Below the pieces are notes generated by a model. That model had not been told where the DNA came from, ran no database searches, and saw only the letters and a program-made list of their open reading frames with translations. A stretch of DNA of 64,000 nucleotides from Candidatus Calditenuaceae archaeon HR02 (GTDB taxonomy: Archaea; Thermoproteota; Nitrososphaeria_A; Caldarchaeales; Calditenuaceae), in NCBI GenBank assembly GCA_002898395.1, contig BEHE01000011.1, forward strand, positions 14,276 through 78,275. Direction: 5' to 3'. Numbering within the stretch: position 1 is the stretch's first letter; every line of letters begins with the position of its first letter. Below are positions 60,226 through 64,000 of the stretch, piece after piece. The translations under genes and the position numbers were made by a program.

Positions 60226-61045
60226 CCCCGCTGAGCCCCAAAACAGCCGGCACCACACTGCATACGCCCTCTACGCCATACTCGCCCCTCAGATAGACGC
60301 TAGATGGAATGACGGCGTCAGTATCCTTTAGGATAGCCTCTACCATAAGCGCCACGCCAGCACCCGGCGCATGGCTGGCTGACCATCCCTTAAGAGATAT
60401 CACCTCTGCGCCAGCCCTCCTAGTCCTCTCAACCAGCTCTCCGATCTTCTCCCGCGGGAGTAGCGAGGTTAGCGGCTTACCTAGTACATGGGTTAGGCGC
60501 GGCAGGAGGACCATGTTGTCGCCGTGCTCTCCGATTATCGGCCCGACGATAGATGAGCGTGAGACCCCCAGCTCCTTAGCAACCAAGTATCTGAACCTCC
60601 CAAAGTCCAGCAAGCCACTAAACCCTATAACCCTCTCCCTCTCAAACCCTGTCTTCCTCAAGGCGACGTAGGTCATTACGTCGAGGGGATTTGTGACGAC
60701 TATAACCTTGGAGTTTGGCGCATATTCCCTAACCTTCTCTGAGACGTCCGAGACTATCGCAGTATTCTTCTGGAGGAGGTCCATCCTGGTCATGTCGGCT
60801 TTCCGAACCACTCCTGCGGTAATCACCGCCAAATCGGCTCCTGAGATATCCCTATAGTCATTTGACCCAGTGATCTCCACGTCTATCCCGAGTATCGAGG
60901 CCATGTGCGAGAGGTCCAGCGCCTCACCCTGCGGCAGCCCCTGCACAATATCTACTAGGACGAGATCTCCCAGATCTTTCAAAGCAATCTGTATCGCCGC
61001 TGAAACTCCAACCCTTCCACACCCGATAACACCTATCAGAGGCAC
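60116..61045 (-). CDS. mdh: Malate dehydrogenase (LDH-like)
   Basis: IGCGRVG, GEALDL, RKADMTRMDLL, VTNPLD, GEHGD. Confidence 0.93.
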   Translation of the reverse strand: MPLIGVIGCGRVGVSAAIQIALKDLGDLVLVDIVQGLPQGEALDLSHMASILGIDVEITGSNDYRDISGADLAVITAGVVRKADMTRMDLLQKNTAIVSDVSEKVREYAPNSKVIVVTNPLDVMTYVALRKTGFERERVIGFSGLLDFGRFRYLVAKELGVSRSSIVGPIIGEHGDNMVLLPRLTHVLGKPLTSLLPREKIGELVERTRRAGAEVISLKGWSASHAPGAGVALMVEAILKDTDAVIPSSVYLRGEYGVEGVCSVVPAVLGLSGVKRVIELDLDDYERREFLKSVEVVRQAQEAADKLLH

Positions 61046-61108
61046 AGATAGCCATTTGTAACAGTTCTAAAAAAGGTATTCTATGAGGTCACCCCTTCTA
61101 TATCTTGG

Positions 61109-62008
61109 ATGACTGTGGCAGCGATTTCGAGGGGTGTATACATTGTGGACACTGGCGGCCTCGGTTTCAGGAACACGGTTGCAGCATACATAGTGAAGGG
61201 GGAAAGATATGCGGCGGTTGTGGATACGGGCTATGGCTCGTCCTCCAGACATGTAGCCAAGGCAATAGCGAAGGCTAACGCCACAGACAAGCTCAGATAC
61301 ATAATCCCCACACACGCCCACCTAGACCACTGCGGCGCATCAGGAGACTTGGCAAACATCTATAGGGGGTCAGAGGTCTACGCCCACGAGCGGGCGCTCC
61401 CCCACCTCATTAATCCCGCGAGACTGCTGGAGAGTGTGAAAGCACTCTACCCCGCCTACGCATTCGCAGCTATGGGGGGTATGAGACCGGTCGACGAAAA
61501 TAGGGCACAAGTCGTGGATGATGGTGAGGAGATAGACTTAGGAGGCCTCACTCTCCGCTCAATCTATACGCCAGGCCACGCCCCACACCACCTATCCATC
61601 CAGATCGTGGAGCTGGGCTATGTAGTGACCGGAGATGCAGTCCCATCAAAATACTCATTCGGCGACTACTACATTCCCAACATAGTCCCGCCGAGATACG
61701 ACCTAGACCAGGCGCTGCAGAGCCTTAGGAAGATCTTCGACCTAGAGCCCCGCCTACTCCTCACTCCCCATTTCGGGCCGATACTTCCATCCAAGAGCCT
61801 ATATGAGAAGTATGTGGCTGTGATTACGGGGGCGGTGGAGGCTGCGAAAGAGTTGATTAGGAGGAGTGAGGGGCTGGAGGTATTGAGGTCGAGGTTAGCC
61901 GCCATAATTGCGGGGGAAACCGATTTGTCGGGTCTTCACCCCTCCATACAGATTGGGGTGATATTCGCGGCGCTGGCACTCTACCAGACCTATAAGTCAT
62001 CCACGTAG
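61109..62008 (+). CDS. MBL-fold metallo-hydrolase
   Basis: THAHLDHCG, TPGHAPHH, TGDA, HFG. Confidence 0.9.
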   Translation: MTVAAISRGVYIVDTGGLGFRNTVAAYIVKGERYAAVVDTGYGSSSRHVAKAIAKANATDKLRYIIPTHAHLDHCGASGDLANIYRGSEVYAHERALPHLINPARLLESVKALYPAYAFAAMGGMRPVDENRAQVVDDGEEIDLGGLTLRSIYTPGHAPHHLSIQIVELGYVVTGDAVPSKYSFGDYYIPNIVPPRYDLDQALQSLRKIFDLEPRLLLTPHFGPILPSKSLYEKYVAVITGAVEAAKELIRRSEGLEVLRSRLAAIIAGETDLSGLHPSIQIGVIFAALALYQTYKSST

Positions 62009-62796
62009 CGGAAGCTGACGCCACCCGCGCCTATCTCCGCGACCGCGGGCATGATGCCATAGAACCTGCAGGAGAAAACCGTGTAGAGCTTTCCTCCAAA
62101 GAGGGCCTCATACCCGCTGGGAACAGGCTCATGGGCCCTAAACAGCCTCTCACACCCGCTCGCCTCCAAGAACCTCTCAAGCGCCCTACGACCAAAAACC
62201 CTCGCGCCACCTCCACGCGGGCTGGGTCCAAACTCCTCAACACCCTCCCTAGGGTCGTTCCAAAGAACCTGGAAAACCACCTCATCCTCTAGGTCCTCTC
62301 CCTGCTTCCCCCGCGAAGCGACATCTCGTATAGAGTCCGCGCCCTCAGGGACGCCTCCGTGCACCAATATCGACGAACGGTTGAGAACACAACCTACGGG
62401 AAGGGTGGAGTAGAGGTTGGCGAAGAGACCGTAGGCGCCGGGGCCAAGCCTCCTCGACACCACCCCGTAGAACCCGTAGTACATGTTCATCTCCCTGGTC
62501 TCATGGTTCCCCCGCAGGAGATAGATTCTTTTGGGCTCGTCCCGCTTAGCCTCGAGTAGTCTGACAATATTCTCCAACTGGTGGGGGCCCCGGTCCACAT
62601 AGTCGCCCAAGAAAATTATTACTCCTCTGCCGATCCTGTCGAGGACGCGTTCGGTTGTCTCGAGGTCGCCGTGAGTGTCACCGACTATCGTCGCACCCCC
62701 AGCCTCAACCTCGAGGACGGCACTCTCGGCTGAGAGGAGCGGAATAGCATCCTCTACAGCTCTCCGCACACTAGCTAAGCCTAGCGACAAGACCAA
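61990..62796 (-). CDS. PPP-family Ser/Thr protein phosphatase
   Basis: GDTHG, GDYVDRG, RGNHE, HGG, LWNDP, RAHE. Confidence 0.93.
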   Translation of the reverse strand: MVLSLGLASVRRAVEDAIPLLSAESAVLEVEAGGATIVGDTHGDLETTERVLDRIGRGVIIFLGDYVDRGPHQLENIVRLLEAKRDEPKRIYLLRGNHETREMNMYYGFYGVVSRRLGPGAYGLFANLYSTLPVGCVLNRSSILVHGGVPEGADSIRDVASRGKQGEDLEDEVVFQVLWNDPREGVEEFGPSPRGGGARVFGRRALERFLEASGCERLFRAHEPVPSGYEALFGGKLYTVFSCRFYGIMPAVAEIGAGGVSFRYVDDL

Positions 62797-62931
62797 AACA
62801 ACACCGTGTCCCCACTATTTCTAACTGCCATTCCCCCACACCCCCATGGAAATTAGGATGCACTCAAATCCTCTGGGGCAACGTATTTATCTCCTCGCAC
62901 CCACCCTGAGGAGATAGGAGAGACTTAAGGA

Positions 62932-63324
62932 TTGTCCAAGAGAAGGGAAGTAGATGTCCTGCTGACTAGGTCTAGGCAGTTCCTCGAAACAGCGGAGCAC
63001 CAGTATGGTAGGGGCTTCTACGACCTAGCCGCCTTCAGCCTGGAGCAATCCCTCCAGCTCTATCTAAAGGCGAAGCTAGTGGAGTATGGCGTAGACTACC
63101 CCCGAACCCACAGTGTAAGGAGGCTGCTAGAACTGCTCGGCGAAGTACTGCCAAGTGAGGCTGGGCGAAAAAATGTGAATGCTTTGGTGGAGGAGCTCCT
63201 TCTCGAACTCGGCATGCTCGAGGACGCCTACATCACCTCTCGATATTTTTTGAGAGAGTTTAGGAGGGAGGAGGTCGAGAAGATGATGACGACGGTAAGG
63301 AGGGTGATGGAGCTTGTCAGATAA
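62932..63324 (+). CDS. HEPN-domain protein
   Basis: AAFSLEQSLQLYLKA, PRTHS, YITSRY. Confidence 0.9.
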   Translation: MSKRREVDVLLTRSRQFLETAEHQYGRGFYDLAAFSLEQSLQLYLKAKLVEYGVDYPRTHSVRRLLELLGEVLPSEAGRKNVNALVEELLLELGMLEDAYITSRYFLREFRREEVEKMMTTVRRVMELVR

Positions 63325-63631
63325 AGTCTTGCTAGAGGAGGCAATGAGGCGAAGAGCAGTGTTCAACAACCTAGAGCGTTACCTAGAGAAGATTAAGCGG
63401 GTGGTGGAGAGTCTGGATAAGGACGGGGAGGTCTACCTCTTTGGCTCAGTCGTGGAGGGAGGGTATACACTGTCAAGCGATATTGACGTCTTGATAGTCA
63501 CCGAGAAGGACCCCTTCCAGGTGCGCGCGGAGCTTTGGCGGGCCGGAATCACCGACCCGTTCGAGCTCCACATATATACTCCGGAGCAGGCGGAACAGTT
63601 GAAGAGAAGGGGCAGGCTGAGAAAAATTTAG
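63314..63631 (+). CDS. Minimal nucleotidyltransferase (MNT)
   Basis: YLFGSVVEG..SDIDVL, PFELH. Confidence 0.9.
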   Translation: MSDKVLLEEAMRRRAVFNNLERYLEKIKRVVESLDKDGEVYLFGSVVEGGYTLSSDIDVLIVTEKDPFQVRAELWRAGITDPFELHIYTPEQAEQLKRRGRLRKI

Positions 63632-63717
63632 CAGGATTGTGGACTTTGAAGCATCTTGGGAGAGGGCTTGTGCCGGATGAATAAAGTAAATATCTGGATA
63701 GGGCGGAGTGGTTGTTT

Positions 63718-64000
63718 GTGAGACCTAGGAAGCTCGAGCTCGAGGAGCTCATAAACATGCTCGTTGAGGAGCATGGACAGGTTAAGTCTCTGCTCAACAA
63801 GCTCAACACCCTCCTACACGAGGAGAAATACGCGGAGGCAGCGGAAGAACTCAACGGCTTCAAGCCATATCTCGACCAGCACATCATAGACGAGGAGGCT
63901 ACAGTGCTCAAGGCGCTCATGGACGCTTATGGTAGAGAGGGCGCCGGGCGCGCGATAAAAGTCTTCCAAGAACACAGGGAGATACACCAGCTAATCTCAG
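63718..64000 (+). CDS. Hemerythrin-like domain protein (partial)
   Basis: Manual translation LVEEHGQV...DQHIIDEEATV...FQEHREIH; runs off the window edge. Confidence 0.75.
   Translation, partial: MRPRKLELEELINMLVEEHGQVKSLLNKLNTLLHEEKYAEAAEELNGFKPYLDQHIIDEEATVLKALMDAYGREGAGRAIKVFQEHREIHQLIS

Noticed and set aside
62932-63631. HEPN-MNT pair as a novel system
   Set aside because: Well-known, abundant toxin-antitoxin-type module in thermophilic archaea.
575-63920. Numerous short antisense or overlapping ORFs in the track
   Set aside because: Shadows of confidently assigned genes in GC-rich DNA.
1-64000. CRISPR array or cas genes
   Set aside because: No regularly spaced 24-40 bp repeats with unique spacers and no Cas motifs seen.

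Overview
Archaeal, probably thermophilic chromosome segment. The gene content (Cdc6 followed by PolD DP1, TFE, Trm56, isopentenyl phosphate kinase) and AGG/ATA-rich codons suggest a TACK/Nitrososphaerota, Caldarchaeales-like host; this is inference. It holds a heme operon (hemA-C-D-B-L-E, a CopD/HemJ-like membrane protein and a radical SAM/SPASM enzyme), a sod pseudogene, a ParA/RHH/HTH cluster beside an AT-rich repeat tract, a probable oriC with ORB boxes upstream of cdc6-dp1, many housekeeping genes, four tRNAs (Pro-CGG, intron-containing Trp-CCA, Glu-CTC, Val-TAC), an AT-richer accessory island, an IS1595-family element whose middle is inverted, and a HEPN-MNT pair. The most striking signal is that all four tRNA genes are abutted at their 3' ends, tail-to-tail, by decayed copies of a free-standing LAGLIDADG endonuclease element with no integrase; two copies also carry a small zinc-finger gene. 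Product calls come from motif recognition only; no database searches were run.
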